A stretch of 64,000 nt of DNA, from the IMG/VR virus record IMGVR_UViG_3300037422_000298. One strand, 5' to 3'. Both the position numbers and the translations under genes were made by a program. The number at the start of each line of letters is the position of its first letter. Position 1 is the stretch's first letter. Of the stretch, positions 63,021 through 64,000 are shown piece after piece. The notes under the pieces are model-generated. The model was given only the letters and a program-made list of their open reading frames with translations, did not search any database and was not told the DNA's origin. Origin of the DNA: a virus (Duplodnaviria; Caudoviricetes).

Positions 63021-63374
63021 CTATGCTGCAAGAGTGTGCCGGAATTCGAGCGCGACGATCGCCGTCGCGCCTGGTTCGGCCATGATTTTGAGCGCGACAG
63101 CCGCGCCTTCGGACTCGGCTCCGACAGCGACACGCTCGAACGACTGCGGCGTGACAAACGCGCGCATTGATGGATTGCACAGCAGGTAGCGGCAAGCCGC
63201 TTCCGCATCGGCGATCCGTACGCCGCGTTCGATGTACTTCCGCAGTGGGCCGTTCACCGTGTCGCGCACGAGATCGTCACGGCTCAACACGATCGCGCCG
63301 CCTTCTCGATCGGCGACCACGCTGTACTTGAGCAAGTTCGGGGTCGCGCCTTCACGATTGATTTTCAGGGCCAT
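63021..63374 (-). CDS. Paralog family A putative virion protein
   Basis: TPNLLKYSVVAD..LEFRHT; SD AGGAG. Confidence 0.7.
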   Translation of the reverse strand: MALKINREGATPNLLKYSVVADREGGAIVLSRDDLVRDTVNGPLRKYIERGVRIADAEAACRYLLCNPSMRAFVTPQSFERVAVGAESEGAAVALKIMAEPGATAIVALEFRHTLAA

Positions 63375-63382
63375 GGTCGCTC

Positions 63383-63841
63383 CTATACTCCGTCCACGCC
63401 GGGCACGAACACGTCGAGGTAGGCCTGCGCCGCGAGCGGCGGACCGACGATCGCAAGCAGCATGTTGCTGCCCGACACGTTGGCGTCGACCAACCAGGGT
63501 GCCCCCTGCCCGACACGATCGGTGACTTCGGCGCGCGCTGTGGGGAAAGCGCCGGAGTTTGCGGGCGTCGAGCCTGACGGCGACGCGCCGGAGTAGTCCG
63601 ATAGCAGAATCGCGCGAGCTTTCGCTTGGGTCATCGGCGTCGCAATCCTGCCGTAGCCGAGCGTGTTGGCCTTGGCGATGTTGCGGAGCGCCCCGACGCG
63701 ACCGGCGGTGTCGGTCAACAGATCCGGCGACGCCGCCCCCGTGGCCGTGATGTTGAGCGTGGTACCTGCAGCGCCGTCCTGGTTCAGGAGGTATGTCAGG
63801 CGATTGCCGGTAGCGCGAACGAGTGTCGCTGTGACAGCCAT
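63383..63841 (-). CDS. Paralog family A putative virion protein
   Basis: NRLTYLLNQDG..PDLLTD. Confidence 0.75.
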   Translation of the reverse strand: MAVTATLVRATGNRLTYLLNQDGAAGTTLNITATGAASPDLLTDTAGRVGALRNIAKANTLGYGRIATPMTQAKARAILLSDYSGASPSGSTPANSGAFPTARAEVTDRVGQGAPWLVDANVSGSNMLLAIVGPPLAAQAYLDVFVPGVDGV

Positions 63842-63908
63842 TTGAATCCCTTCCTTGCCGTAAACCGGACCCGGAATTTCCGAGCGAGGTACTGTAGACG
63901 GTACCCGC

Positions 63909-63924
63909 GATCGCTCGCGCGATC
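63909..63924 (-). promoter_or_regulatory. GATCGC-N4-GCGATC promoter palindrome (plus a half-site facing right at ~63941)
   Basis: Minus: GCGGG-TACCGT, leader, AAGGAAGG SD, ATG 63841. Confidence 0.75.
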
Positions 63925-63984
63925 AACTCGCTTCCCGTGCGCGATCAGTGGTATGGATAGGTCAAGCTCGAAGAAAGGGACGCT

Positions 63985-64000
63985 ATGGCGAAGAGTAGAA
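63985..64000 (+). CDS. Start of a gene running off the window (MAKSR..)
   Basis: SD AAAGGGA then ATG. Confidence 0.5.

Noticed and set aside
1-64000. Firm assignment to tailless jelly-roll viruses
   Set aside because: No major capsid protein is recognisable in the window; absence of tail/terminase genes in a partial genome is not proof, so it is kept as a hypothesis only

Overview
This is a high-GC segment of a large bacterial virus (phage-like) genome. No host housekeeping operons, integrase, terminase, portal or recognisable tail genes were seen. (1) 14.5-32.4 kb, minus strand: many small early-type genes plus ThyX, dUTPase, a primase-polymerase and a primase-associated helicase. (2) 32.7-52.8 kb, plus strand: replication and nucleotide metabolism. 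It holds a SNF2-like helicase, an intein-containing Cas4/RecB-like nuclease, an AAA ATPase, a DUF669-like SSB, intein-containing class II RNR, a HerA-like ATPase, UDG-fused DNA Pol A, DinG, TMK and a Dam-like MTase. (3) Both flanks (0-14.5 kb and 53.6-64 kb): putative late/virion genes. Main observations: (a) Twelve perfect copies of the palindrome GATCGC-N4-GCGATC were found only in the flanks. Most sit 3-5 nt upstream of a TAnnnT -10 box, and nine times the start codon follows 5-6 nt later, suggesting a dedicated, largely leaderless late-promoter regulon. (b) About 20 flank proteins carry poly-Arg tracts and/or (L/F/M/V)-G motifs and lie near a papain-like protease, suggesting a cleavable Arg-tag virion packaging/maturation system. 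(c) An RNA locus has two non-canonical (8/4-like) tRNA-Ser genes and a ~250-nt ncRNA candidate with four GGA-loop hairpins. (d) An AT-rich, inverted-repeat-flanked origin candidate. (e) Three inteins and several dispersed paralog families. All functional calls come from motif recognition by eye; no database searches were run.
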